DNA of 64,000 nt from Daphnia carinata. Its lineage: Eukaryota. The notes below the pieces were generated by a model, which saw nothing but the letters and a program-made list of their open reading frames with translations, was not told where the DNA came from and made no database searches. Location: assembly GCF_022539665.2 (NCBI RefSeq), contig NC_081333.1, positions 10,788,001 to 10,852,000 of the forward strand, read 5' to 3'. Shown here one piece after another: positions 25,801 to 39,500 of the stretch. The translations under genes were made by a program, and so were the position numbers. Position 1 is the first letter of the stretch, and the number at the start of each line of letters is the position of its first letter.

Positions 25801-28800
25801 AGGATAAAAGGAGTGACCGAGTGGGCGAGTGTTCACGTCTCATACGACGCCCTCTTTTCAGTGCGATGTTATTTTATTCTCGGTAACTTTGGGTTATCCG
25901 TAAAGACGCACTTGAACTTGTTTGTTCACGATAAATTCCACTTTTGGTCTATTTTTTTTTTCCCAACTTAATTTCATTTTGATGAGAAGTAGAAAGAAAT
26001 GAAAAGCGGGAAGTGAGATACAGGGGAAAAACCCAATCTTTGTTGTCTATACATCAAATATAATCATGCCTGCCAGGGGGTGTATTAGTGGCCTTCGTGA
26101 GGGCAGGACTGATAACCTACCACCTTGGTTACGTTCACTTTTGCGGACGAACGAAGGTGAAAGTTGATCCGGCCTATAAAAAAAGCGAAGCATACTGTAC
26201 ATGTATATAGTCATCATAACGATGGGTCATATACCCCTCTGTGCGTACACACACCCTCTATGGATGGCCATAAATATAAGGTCTATTTAGAGCAATCAAT
26301 TTACCAATGCATCCCACTTCCCCCTTTTTATTTTCAATTCACTTTTTGATGAGCTGATGATGATGACAATGTTCCTGTCATATGATTTCTAGTAATCCCC
26401 CCCTTCTGAACAATCTAATATCCCGGATGACGCAACCGGATCTTCCATCCAGATGGTCACCATACACTCATTGGAGTCACCCTCAAAAAAAAAATAAATA
26501 ACAACAAGAACAATAAAAAAGGAAAGAGAAAACAAAAGCCATGATTGCGTTTAGGGTACTCCCAGATAGTCGAGCAGTGAAAACGAAAATGGAGATCACC
26601 TCTCTCCGCTTTTACCTCTTACCTTGAAAGGTCATTTGTGACGCTCCTGTCGTTTCTGCCTGGATTTAATGACGCAATAAAAGTGAACCAATCAAACTCA
26701 AAACTAGGGAAAAAAAAAAATAAAATAAAATAGGGTCTTCCTTTCTTTCCTCGCCCTTTCTCGATGATGATGACTCTCCGTCCACTGTGTATGACATGTA
26801 GAAGAGCAAGAGGAAGTAGGACTTTTATGATCACCCCTTTTTTTTTTTTATTTTGACTTTTCTTTTTTTTTAATTGTGTTATATATCAACTATGATGCAT
26901 TACTTTTTTTTCCCCTATCCTATTGTTGGTTGAGCTTCTTCCATCAGCAAGAGGGGGAAGGATGAAGAGCGAAAGGGAAACGAGGACAGGAAGTCATTTG
27001 AATAAAGCACTCTTCTTTGAAAAAAAAAAAAAAAAAGAATCGACACTACGACGACAGTCAGCGAGTTTCCCCCTTAATCACGACTGTCGTCTTCATGCAG
27101 TGGACGTGTCTATCATTGTGTAAAACCACCTTATGAATCCTGCATGAAAATGGAGAAGAAAACGAGTGTTACGACGGTCACAATAAGAGAGAGTTGCTAC
27201 GTTAAGACTCGGAATATTTCTGTGCTCATTGTTCGTTTGCCTATTGACACTGATGCCATACGTACGCGATAGAGTACATTTGTAAAAGGGGAGTTCGAAG
27301 TGAAAGGCATTGACACAAATTCGGCCAACGTTATAAAAACGATAGCAGCCGGTGGTAATTGTCGGATGCGTCGTCGACAAATAGAAGGAAAATCTTTCAT
27401 AGCAAGAGAGGGGGGTCTTCTCTTATTCTTTTCTTCCAAACAAGCGCACGCAGGTCATTTGTTTCACAATTTTTTTTGGAGGGGATTCTCTTGTCTTATT
27501 ACGTTTTTTTTTTTTTTTTTGCCGATGCGCACCATCCGGTGAATGGCCATAGAACAACTCATCGTTTATTGTTGCGTTTCGGCGCATTATTACCTTCGTC
27601 TCTGATTTTCTTTTTCTTTTTATTCAGTCATCAATGTCGATGATGATCATGACGACATGTAGAGAAAGACAATGGTTATAGATGTTTTACATACGGCCAA
27701 CTCTACGGTACACGCGTAGAAAGAAAGACGTCGTGTTCTTTCGAAGGACTGTCGTAGTTTGCCAGCCGGGCAAACGCACGCAGAGAAAAAGGAAAACTAC
27801 TTGTTACTGCCCGATTGAAAGTTTTCCAGTTCAAAAGGCCAACGGCGTGAGATGACACTTGAAATCGGAATTTAGGGAAAACGGACGCATTTCCCATCTG
27901 CCCGCTCTTTCTCTTCTCGCACTGCACTCGTCTTCTTTATTTATTTAAAAGCTCTCCTCTCGCAACGTCTATAATATGCAATATAAGAGAAAATGTAAAA
28001 AATAAAAAGTGAGCCAGTCCACCGACTGCGGGCCACTATATACGCAAGATAACTCAACATTTTCCAAGTAGATTCGATAGTTACTCTACTCGCTCTCTCT
28101 CTCTCTCTCTCTCTCTTTTGAATTGTTATTTTCTTTTCTCTATACAGGATGTACGTGTACATTCGATAAGAGAAACCAGGGTTCCACTCGCTCTCTGTCT
28201 CTCATTTGCTTTTTGATGACGTCGACCTTAAAGTGCAGACTGCAGTTCGGCCGAATCTAAATAGCCGAGATAGGTGGAAATCGAAAGAAGGCGGGGCTCG
28301 GCCGCCGAAGGGAATCAAAAAGGAAGATAGGGTTTCAGTGTTTCGACGCTATAAAAGTGAGTTGTCGCCGCATTCCGCATTTCAAACGATACGCACTCAA
28401 AAATAAAAGGGAAATAGAAAAAGAACCCGGGCAACGAGAAAATGAAAATAAATTTAAAAACAAAAAAAATCGACAACTTAGAAGTGGATGGAAACAATGG
28501 CGCACAAGACAACAACAAAAAAAACTAAGCGAGAAAGTCTGAATAACAAAAAAGAATTAGAGAATCACCAGGTAAAAGACGACGAGCGAACAACTGGTGT
28601 GCTATGAAAAGTTGTGTTGGAATGATTTGGTTGTTTTTCTTTCGTGGAAAAAAATAAATAAAATACAAAGATGTGGGCACACGGCGACGTGCGTGAGAAT
28701 GTGACAAATCTCTCGCTCGCGACATTGTCTCCCAACGATCAACCGCCCGAAGAGAGTTGAACGAGTGCGAGAGGAGTAGAAGGAGAGAGAGAGAGAGAGA

Positions 28801-31800
28801 GAGAGAGAGCGATGGATTTTTGAGTTAAGAGCAGCAACGTCATCCTCTTGTGAGTTCTGAAGACTCTGCCCAGCAGCATGCCAAAAACTGTTTCGTCTAT
28901 TTTTCTTTTGAGCTAATTCAATATTCATGTGCGCCTATATTATCTTTGTGTGTCTTCGATACTATGACCGTACCTTATCGGAATATTCATCATCATCATC
29001 AAACATCATCATCATCATCGGGAGTTACTGAACCGAACACGGACGAGCACTGAATTTTAAAAAAATCTCTAAGAAAATATGGCAACCCAAACGGCCCATA
29101 ATTCGGTTGGCATTTTAGCAGGGAAAGAACAGTCACAAAATGCATGCGGCTCACCCCCCGCCATTTGGAGGAGAGAAAAAAGGCAACAACACCACAAGCC
29201 AAAATCATATCAAAGGGATCAAGTTCATTTTGACGATGGGCCGCCAACGTCGCTGACCGAGAATCACCGATACTTCTATTTCTTTTTAAAGAGAAACCCA
29301 ACTAGTAAAAAATAGAGAAACGCCATCCAACCCGCCCATTTGAAAAACTAAACGAAAAGTATCGTCTGCAATATTCATGTGACCTTTTCGAGTTGACTTG
29401 GTAATTCGTCGAAAGAAGAAAAATAATACGGACGGACGGATATAATAACGGAGAAAAAAAAAACTAGCAAAGGTTCTCCCGGAGCATTTTTTTTTTTCCT
29501 TCTAGCTGGAAAGAAAAAAAAAAGGAGCGTTCAGCGAGCAGCGTGAGAGATGTCGGCGATTGTCACGCTAATATCTTCCAGCAGTGTCATCCAGTCCCTT
29601 ATGTTGGGTCTTATGTGTATATATAGCGCATTTATTTTCCTCTTTTACCTTGGATTGTCGGGCACCTGGAACCGGCCCAACTAAAACAGCCTACGACGTC
29701 TTGGCGGGATGCAAGTGCAGTCTCATTCTCTCGTCTCACTGTAACTGCTCCCCCCTCGTGTGTGTGTGTCTCTTCCACATATCTCCCATATATACCTGAT
29801 GATGATGATGATGCGCGCATAACACGGACAAATCTCCACTCCCTCACCCTGGCCCGTCTCCCTTGACCTCTCACAGTCCCGTCCAAAAAAAAAAAAAATA
29901 ATATTTCCCAGCAGCGAGTCGCCGTCACAACACGGTGACAGAGCCAACCAACATAATACCAATAGTCTCTTATCTGATTCGAATAAATATGTGTGTCTGT
30001 CTGTGTGTGTGTGCACGCTGTCGTGCTGTTCGTTAAAAAGGGGAGGGGAATATGGTTTTGAAAAAAAAAAAAAAAAATGAAGTGGACGTTTTTTTTTTTT
30101 TTGTTTTGTTGTGGTTCGGGAAAAAAAAATTCCCGTCTCCACTATTCTCGTATCAATGTGACATTTATCGTGAATAACAAGTCATGCGTCGTAACTAGGA
30201 GGATTAATTGCGATAGGTTGGATGGTGCCAGTCGGATCGTTTCTTTCCGGTTCGTTCTCACCATCACTTTTTTTTTTTTTTCATTCCTGTGCGTAGATGG
30301 TGGACTATTAATGCCGCATTCGGCTGGCCGCATTGGTCACAAACAAGACGAAACTAACGTTTGTTCATGTTGTTTTGTTTGCGTCGATAAGTTGGCCATC
30401 AAAATTCGAGAAAAGAGCTGAACGAGGCGTAACGGGTCGGAGCTTAAACTCGAAGAGAGTCCATTGCGACAAAGCAAATCTAACTTGATTGCGGATGATG
30501 GAGAATAAAAGAAGGGGGGAAAATAGAAATAGCGTTGCTACGATGAAAGAGGAAAAAAAACAACTACGAAGAATGGCATAGGAGGCGTGCAGAGGAGGAG
30601 CTGAATGGAAATGAACAGGTTACATACACCGTGATTCGCCGTAACGAGCCTCTCAGTCTCCGCCCCAATCGACTGTGATACTTTCAATTTACAGATCTGT
30701 TAGCAATTCTAATAATAAAATAACACAGCAGCAACAACAAAAAAATGAATCCTTGGCCTAAGCTTACACTAAATCTATTCTGATTCACTTCACCTTGTCA
30801 ATCAGTCCCCCCCCAAAAAAAATCTTTAATCTAAACCTCTCGGTGCTTTTCTCGCTCACAGTTCTCATTGTGTAACGTCTACTGTGTAGTGGCCGGCCGC
30901 AAACGAGATCTTTTGTCGGCTCCCCTACACCGGGACACACCTTATACGTTGAATAGGGGAGGCTTACAATAATAGTAGCAACCTACACAGTCCATTGAAT
31001 CATCGGCCGTCGCAGCAGGTGATCTAATACTTTGGTTTTTAGCTTCATATCAGTTTTTTTCCCCCTTGTTATTGTAATGCGCGTCGCGGCGCTGGACTTA
31101 AAAAAAAAAATAGGAAAATCGTATCCTCTTGGCTACTTCCTTTTTTTTTATAGGGGGTTTTGTGCTGATTCTTTTTCGCCTTTTTTTTACAGTTGACATT
31201 TGCAAGAGGGGTGCCTTACAATTCAATCAGCCGTGATGAATATACGTCGTGTTTAGTCTATCCCTACCGTACGTGCGCTGATAACAGGGCGGTGAATTCA
31301 CACAGACTTAGACAATCTCGGTGAGAAAATGTGGTTTTAAAAAAAACGAGATTTTCCCAGAAAAAAAGAAGAAAAAAAAAAATCTTTTGTCGCTCTAACG
31401 ATCATATTAGCTTAACAACTATTATTTCGCTTCAGCTGGCTAATCTGTTTTATTTTTTTTAACGAGCAACAACGGATCTTTTATTTTCTGATAATCACTC
31501 TTCTGATTTTTTTCTTTCTCGCCCATGTTTCGAATAGTATTCCAAGTTGGCAAGCTGATGCATTTGAAAATGCTCTCACATGGAAATAGGATGCGGTGAA
31601 TCCATCATCCAGTTTGATGAGATCCTTCGTCTTTGGCTATTATCTTTAGCCTTGCAATGTGGTGTATACACGTTTATGTCGTCATACCTTTGGTATTTTT
31701 CTTCCCGCACAATCGAGCGCGTTGGCGCGTTCTTGCGACAGTGACAGCTTTTTTTTTTGTTGTTTGATAATTCTTTTCTTTTTTCTTTTACTTAAGATGA

Positions 31801-34800
31801 CCATGACTCTCAAGTTGGAAGAAAACGCTACAAATTCCGCACCGAATCGTGAAAGGTTTCCCATCGCAAAGAGGCAATCCTTGTGCGTTCAGTGTTGACT
31901 TGGTGTTGGCGTGTCACTTTGGAAAGAGTGACGTCGCCCAAATATATATACACACACAAAGAATATACACATTCAAACGACACGGCTTCGCTAGTGTTTA
32001 TTGATTTAATATTCATCTTCTCCCGTTGGCGTTCAAGGTAGGCCTCGAAGATTTCAATGAATGCCTTGCTATTGTTTCGCTTTTTTTTTCCATATTCTTC
32101 GTTTGCCAAAAGAAAAAAAAAACTTGTCGGCCAGGTACATCTATGGCGCCATTGGTATTCGTTCATCTTTTTTTTTTTTTGTTTCTCTCTCTCCCCCCTA
32201 TTTGTTACGCTGTCGGGACCCCTGAACGTTTGGCGATTTTCATTGTTTCCCCTCCATCTCGACCGAATCCGGTTAGGAGCTAATACGGCGAAAGTCATAT
32301 AAGAAAATGAAAGAACACATTTCGAGGAGAACACAAAAAGATAAAAAGAAAAAGAAAGAAAAAACAAAAAACAAAAAAAAAAAACATCTGCTGAAAATAA
32401 AATATCGATGCCTATGTGACGTCATTGCTTTGGAATGATAGTGCTGATTTGGTTTTCCTCTGTTGTTTTTTTTTTCTGGTCTACCATACGCTCGTGTTCA
32501 TCAGTCGAATTTCACGGGACACGATCAAGTTCAAGCGACGTCATTCCGACCCAATGTGGATCCGCGGCCGTTTTTTTCTGTGTTGTCGGCGTGAATCACT
32601 GTTGGACAACAACCACCGTCAGTTTCCCACGCAGTTGGCCTAGTTAACTATTAGTTAGCATTTCTGTCAATGGCTTATCTCACCGTGAATTTTTTTTTTT
32701 TTTGAAAATCGAGGTAAAGAGAGAAGACGAGTGCGCTCCCATTGATTCCGCTGTTGCCGAGTCCCGATCGAATGCCAATGGAATGTTTTGGATATTTAAA
32801 AAATAATAATAATAATAATTTCTGGGCAAGTCAAAGAAGTGAAAAAAGGGACTCGAGTCAAGTCATGGTCGTGCCACGGAAATTCGTTTTGATACCTATT
32901 ATTCATCTTGTTTTTGTGTTTTCGTGTTATTTTTCACGTTGGTGTTTTTGTTCCGCGTCGGGATCGAAATGTGTCGCCGCTGTCGGTGCGTGTAGCGATT
33001 GGCGTGGCCCAATCGATTGGTCTCGATACAAGCGTGAACGATATGGACTCAAATGCTGCGCTTGCTAACATCACGAAGTGCGAAGAGAACGAAAAGAGAA
33101 TAAGCGGGACTCATCTTTTTTTTTTTTTATTTCTGTCGTGTTTCTAATTATTTTCTCTTAGGCGTTTTTTTTTCAATTTTCGCATAGTCTTTTTTTTTTT
33201 TTTCCCTTCTTGTTTTGTTTTGCTTTGTATATTTTCCTTTTCTTGTCACTTGTTCTCTTTGGATGTACCGTACCCTTTGAACGAGACGAGAGGCATATAA
33301 CACGTGCAATGAGGAGGGAGTTAGACAGTACAAAGAAAGAAAAAAAGAGTCAAAAGAAGAAGAAGAATAGACCAAGGCCGGCATGCTGTGTGTTTGAAAA
33401 CGACACTCCGAATACAATCGATGGCCTTGCGTCTTGTACGTAATTGAGGCCGTTTGAATGTTTAAAACATGATTATTTTGCTTGCAGTGGCGGTGGTGGT
33501 CTATTGTTCGATTGATTATTGCGGCGCAATGGAAAAGGAAAAAAGACAAAGGTCATTTGTTTTTATTCGATTCCGAGAAAATCTCGGCAGATAACACAGC
33601 GGGTCAAGTTAAACTTGAAGAATTGGCAATGTAGATAAAACTAATAACTGTGTTGTTTTTTTTTATCACTTTTCGTGATGGTGGTGTCGTTTTGTCTTTT
33701 TTTTTTTTTTTTTACAGAATTTAACAAAAAAATATTCGTGGGAGAGGAAAATGTGTTAACTTTGATGAGGCAATTAAATGCAGGGCTCCTGAGCGGATGC
33801 TGTATAATATCGATAGTTTTTTTTTTCCTTCTTCTTCTTCTTTTCTGGTGTTTAAATGTTTTCTGGTCGATGTTTGTTGGCTCTTCTATTCTTTTTTGGC
33901 ACATCTTCCCTCAGCTTTTTTTGGGGGGTGTCTGCCCTTTCTCCGCTTTTTTCTTTTTATTGCCGTGCTCGTTTTTTATTCTTTGGAAAGGCCACAAAAA
34001 ACGGGAAAAATCCATAGCGCAACCCAAAACCATCCGAACAAATATTTCAATATGAAGTTATAAAAATATCCTTTTAAACGTTTTACACACACACACACAC
34101 ACAATGAAGAATGAAAGAAACGAAAGCGAAGACTTGCGCTGTGCAGACTTTTTGAAAATCGTCCCAGCCCTTCGTCTTAACCGCCGTGCCCCGGGAGAAG
34201 GACCCCCTGCCCGCGCCCCAGAGAAGAAAAAGAAGAAGAAAAGAGTTGATCCCTTGAAAAAAAAAAAAAAAAAAAAGAGAAAAGGCCCGCAGTCTTCTCG
34301 ACGGGTACCGCGCGATCCCCGCCAATCGTCCCTCCACATGAAACGGTAATAAAAACACTCCCACCTACCGTCGTCTCGTCCGCCGTCGCCATCCGTTTCG
34401 TTTCTCTTTCTGAACTTCTTCTAACCCGTCCAGTATCTTATTGTACACGAGAAGACAAAAAAAAAAAAAAAAAAAAAAAAACATTTCCTCCCGATAGCGT
34501 TCGAGATTGGGGAGCACTTCAACATTCAAATGGTTCCACACACATACACCACTTTGAGAAGCCACCTCCGCCGGCGAGAGTTTAAGAGCTGCTGCTTTTT
34601 ACATTTATTTATTTATTTGAGTTTTCCTTTTTTTTTTTTCTATTTGGCTGCGATTTGAATGTCACGCAGCAACCCGAATAACTGATGCTGCCCGTACATC
34701 GACGTTCAAGTCAAAAGTGCGTGAACGCGCGTTGTAGTGATGCATAGAACCTGAACGGATTCCAAACGCCAATGGCGAAGAAGACGCGCAGTTTTGACCA

Positions 34801-35539
34801 CCTTCGTCCAATGTTTTACGACGAAACAACATGCACTTGTGTCCTTTATATTTGGTCGATTGTTTTCTTTTTCCCGACTGTTACAAGAGCGGCTATAGAC
34901 GAACGCTCCTTTAAAGACGGCGAACGGAGATGTCTGGTATCGAGGTCTGTCGTGAATGGGGACGACAGGTGAATGACAACCAATCTCGCCAGATAATCGG
35001 AACTCTATTCTACTCTTTTGCTACGAGAGCCTTTTGTCGTTGTCTTTCACTATTGTTTGGATGCTGAATTTTTTTAAGGGATAAAAGGAAAAAGGGCAGC
35101 AGCAGCTCTCTGTTCAACAAGAAAATGGAGATGCGCACATTTCAAGAGGCAAAAGGAACTCAATGGATTGGCAGACAGTTTCGACAAGCCGCTAAAAAGG
35201 TGAAACGGACAACAACGAAATCATCTCTTTCTTTTTTTTTTTTTTTATTCACTCTTCACCTATCTCTGTTTTGGGAAAAAAAAAATAAAAATAGACGAAA
35301 AAAAAGTGGAAGAAATAACTCGCCGGTTGTGACGAGATGCAGATGATTTTGAGAGGCTGTTACCTGAGCGAGTAGACGCGGGACGATAGGTTCAGATGAA
35401 CACGATAATACTGTATTTCTGTTTTATTTTTTTACAACCTTAAACTGAGCAAAACAAAATGAAAGGTGAAATGGGAGAAAAACAGAAATTGTAAATTTCA
35501 ATTGAAGGATATTTAAAATGTCAGGTGTTCCTAGTCATC

Positions 35540-36590
35540 CCAATCAAATTCAAAGTGGCTGCGCTAAAAGCATTTTGATTGCGTTGTATTTGAAAATTTA
35601 TATTACTTAATGAAAAACAAAAATTTTATTTGGAATCGGCGTCTTATTTTGGTTGTAGTAGGCTAGTGTTCACGTAAATTACAGTCAAAATTCTAACCCC
35701 AATACAAAAATCAGGCTTCAAAAATAAGCCCGACAAAATAAGCCCGACGTTTCGATGTTTTTTTCTTTAATTTTTAAAACATAGATATGGCTTTAAAACG
35801 AGTTATTTTTTTAAAATCAGCATTCAATTGTGTATAAAACGCGTGGTTTTTATTGATTTCCAAGAGATTTTGGTTTTTGGCTGATTTTGACAAAAGTGAG
35901 AAGGCTATAGCCTTCCCACTTTTTCAATTTTGGCTAACATCTAGATTTCATTAAAAATTCATCATTTCAATTGGAAATTAGACAAGGATCACGAAAATCG
36001 ACGTTATTTTCTCGTGGGACTCATAGATTCAGAGTTATTCGACTTTAAAGTGGCTGCGCTAAACCCACGTTGGTTGTTGTTTTACTGCGCTAAAAACATT
36101 TTGACTGCGTTGTGTTTAAAAATCTTCGTAACTTAAAGCTATTTGGAATCAGCGTTTTATTTTGATTGTAGTAGGTTGGGCTTCGTGTAAATTCCGGTCA
36201 AAATTGTAAGCCCAATGTGTTTATACAAAAAGTCGGGCTTAAAAAAATAAGTCCGACAAAATAAGCCCGACTTTTCAATATTTTATTTTTTATTTTTTAA
36301 AACGTAGATAGGGCTTTAAAACGAGTTACGTTTTTGAAATCAGCGTTCAATTGTGAATATAAAGCGTGGTTTTTATTGATTTCCAAGAGGTTTTGGTTTT
36401 TGGCCGATTTTGACAAAAGTGAGAAGGCTATAGCCTTCCCACTTTTTCAATTTTGGCTAAATTTTAAATCTGGCCAAAAATATAAGATTCCGATTCAAAT
36501 TTTAACGAGAATTCCAAAAATTGATTTTTTTTTCTTGTGGGACTATTAGTTCCAGAGTTGTTCGACTTTAACATGGTTACACTAAACCCC
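35540..36590 (-). repeat. Same repeat family, copy B (two tandem units of ~520 bp, inverted relative to copy A)
   Basis: Identical 32-bp palindromes at 35892 and 36415 (period 523). AAAGTGGCTGCGCTAAA occurs at ~35552 and ~36047, and TAAGCCCGAC clusters at ~35725-35748 and ~36231-36271. Confidence 0.88.
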
Positions 36591-39500
36591 CTTTGGTTCC
36601 GTTTGGTTATGAAAAACATAGTTTACACTTAAACAAATGACATATTCAGAATTTGATTTTCATTACGGGTTTAGCAGTAGCTTTTGTTTAATTCCAACAA
36701 AATTTTAGTCTGGCTTACTTCGTTTATGGGGATTTCAATGCAGGATCTCTATAAAATTACCAAAATAAATGACGAACCGGCCGGCCGAAAAAAAAAAAAT
36801 TGAGAATTCACGTTTTAAACTCCAACTGAGCATTGTGTGAGGGGAAAAGATGAGCCAAAATCCTTATTCTTTTTCTTTGGCATTGACGGTTTGATTGTTG
36901 TAACGGAGCACTGGGAATTTCTTAAGCTCTTTTCATCACGCTCTCTCTCTCTCTCTCTCTTGCTAAGTCTCTATCTCTTTTCTTTTCTTCTTCCCAATAA
37001 AGTCTCCGGTTTTATTTCAAACATTATATTGCAACGCACGCGTCCTCAATGCTTCAGCACTTTAAATGCCATTCGTTTTGGAGTGTAGCTTTTCCTTCTT
37101 TGCCTCCCTGGATGATATCGAATCGACGCAGACCAATTTTAGCGAAAATGACTTGAGGATAATCGGCAGTAGGCTCGTAGATAAACTTCGTTAGACGAGT
37201 AAGAGATACTCACAAAGAGCATCACATATTCGACATCTACAGTCCATTCCCGTTCAGCCAATCCTGTGCGCATTTCACAAGTGGGTTCGTACAAACAAAT
37301 CTTGGTGTGAAAATGGCTAAATAAGGAGAGAAGAGCGAATTTGGCCAACGTTATTGTTAGTCTCGAGCTTTCGATATTGGCGCTTGCATAGTTTGTTAGA
37401 CCAAGTCGTGATGACAAGTCAACGGTAACGCAAAAAAAACAAAATGGTTAAAAAGAAATAGCGAAAAAAAGTTCGATTACATTCATCCCACCAGTTTGCG
37501 TCTGTCGAGTATCCAATCCAATCTAATAAATCATCGAAACTCGTTTTGTTCGTTCCTTTTTCTTTCTCATTCGTGGCTGGCGGTGGAGGTTTTTTTGTTT
37601 TTTTTTTTGTTTTTTTGTTATACGATCTCATCCGATTGAACGCGCGGAAAAACGAATCGCTGCTTGTATAATGAAACCGCATCCACGGTGTAATCATAAT
37701 CATGCATCATGCGGTTAAACAGATGAATCGAATATTACGAGCTCTGGTGCAAAGCTGTACGCCATTCTCGTTCTCGTATAATAATATTCACACGTGAGAC
37801 TAGCGAATGAAAGGGAAAGAGAGAGACGTGTCCAAACTTTAATCAATTACGGTATTTTTATATTTTCCAATCGGTTCCGATCGATTGTGTCTGGTGCTGT
37901 GTAACGCGCCTCGCGTGTGTGCAGAGTTCCAGCCGGTTATGATAGGCCGTCACTTGTTTTTGTGTCCGTGCGCTGTGTGTGCGCCTCTTCTGAGTATCGC
38001 TTTTTATTGGATTCGTTTTTACGATGCTAACATCATATTTATTCATGTGTGTGTGTGTGTGTGTGTGGTGTGTATACATATATTGCAGCGCATCATGCAA
38101 ATTGTTGGGGAGAGAAGATGGACAGGTTGAACCAACGGAGCGAAAAAGAAAAAAAGAAACTGCTTTATCTTATATTCACTGTAAATAGATAAGGAATAAA
38201 ATTCTCGGCGTGAGTGCAGCTTATTTCCAGGCGACGGTCCCAGTAAAAAAAAAAAAAAAAACTTAATAAAAAAAGAGGCTAACGTTATAGAGTCTGCGTT
38301 ATAGAGGTGCAGCCACATTTGTTTATTTATTTATACCTATAATACCTCTTTAACTTATTATTATTATTATTATTGTTTCCCCCTTTTTTTTTTATTATGC
38401 CTTTTCTTTCCGGTGTTAGGTAAAAATGAGGGAAAGCGATTCACGTATAGCCGGCGCAACATTTGAATCACGTAAAAAAAGGGGATCCGCAATATGGACG
38501 TAATTTAAATGGCCGACTGGATCTAAAAACTGTGTCCGAATGTTGCGGTGACGGACTTTCTTTCGTCGCTTGGTTTGTCCGCGATCTACGCAATCATGAG
38601 AACAACTCAAATCCGAAAATCTTTCAAACCGCAATTTTGTTTACATGGTAGAACGGAGCGCGACCATACGCCAACGAGATGGACAACACGGTCATGAGTG
38701 GGTGGACTCTCAAATGCCCGCTGAGTTGCTCAGCAGCTCGGATGCTTTACGCGCGGCCGCGTCCGCTATTACTGCGCTTTAGAGGCTGAAGACATTGACG
38801 GCTGTGAGTAACATCTGCATGATCCGGCACGCGCCGCCACGCTCGGCCGCTCCTTCAATTAACCCTTGATGCAACCTTTTTCTCTTCGTTTCTTACAAAT
38901 TGTATTGGAACTCTTGGCGCTGACTGGCCATCCCATCAACCCCGGATGGATACCCCCGCGTTTTGCGTATACCAAGCCAATCATTTCGTCCAAAATGAGA
39001 ATCGTCTCATGGTGTTCTGCGAGTAATTTGAAAGCTAAAAAAATGAGAAATGAATAAGAAAATAAGCATTCACCCACTCCGTGCCGTCCGTCAACATGCC
39101 GTTCTCGGTCGTTGATGTCGTCGAATAACAAATCAACGATGACGACACGAGCAATCTCGACAGTACGGCACACACACACACACACACACACATCATTTAT
39201 ATGCAAATGCAAGGTTTGCATACTGAGCGTATGAATATTATAGAATAACAAGACGAGTGAACAACATTTCATTGGCTGCGAGACACCGTGAAAGAGGGGG
39301 GTTGATGCGGTGGGTTGAACGCGTGAATAGTTGCTAAGAAAGTTTCTCGTCTCTCTTTTGTTTTCTATCTGAATTGCTACGTGCTGTCGAGACGAAGCCA
39401 TTTGTTTCTCTTTGTCTCTTGAATTCTCTTTTTTTTGTGTGTTCACGTGCATACGGTAGGGCAGACTGTAGGAAGATTTCTCTGATTCACTGGTCTGTTG

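Noticed and set aside
18275..36590. Recurring 32-bp palindrome as a CRISPR-like repeat
   Set aside because: The context is eukaryotic, copies are hundreds of bp apart, the intervening sequences are themselves repeated, and there are no cas genes.
38645..38782. 45-codon GC-rich small ORF (MVERSATIRQ...ALRAAASAITAL)
   Set aside because: No recognisable homology, and its length is within chance expectation.
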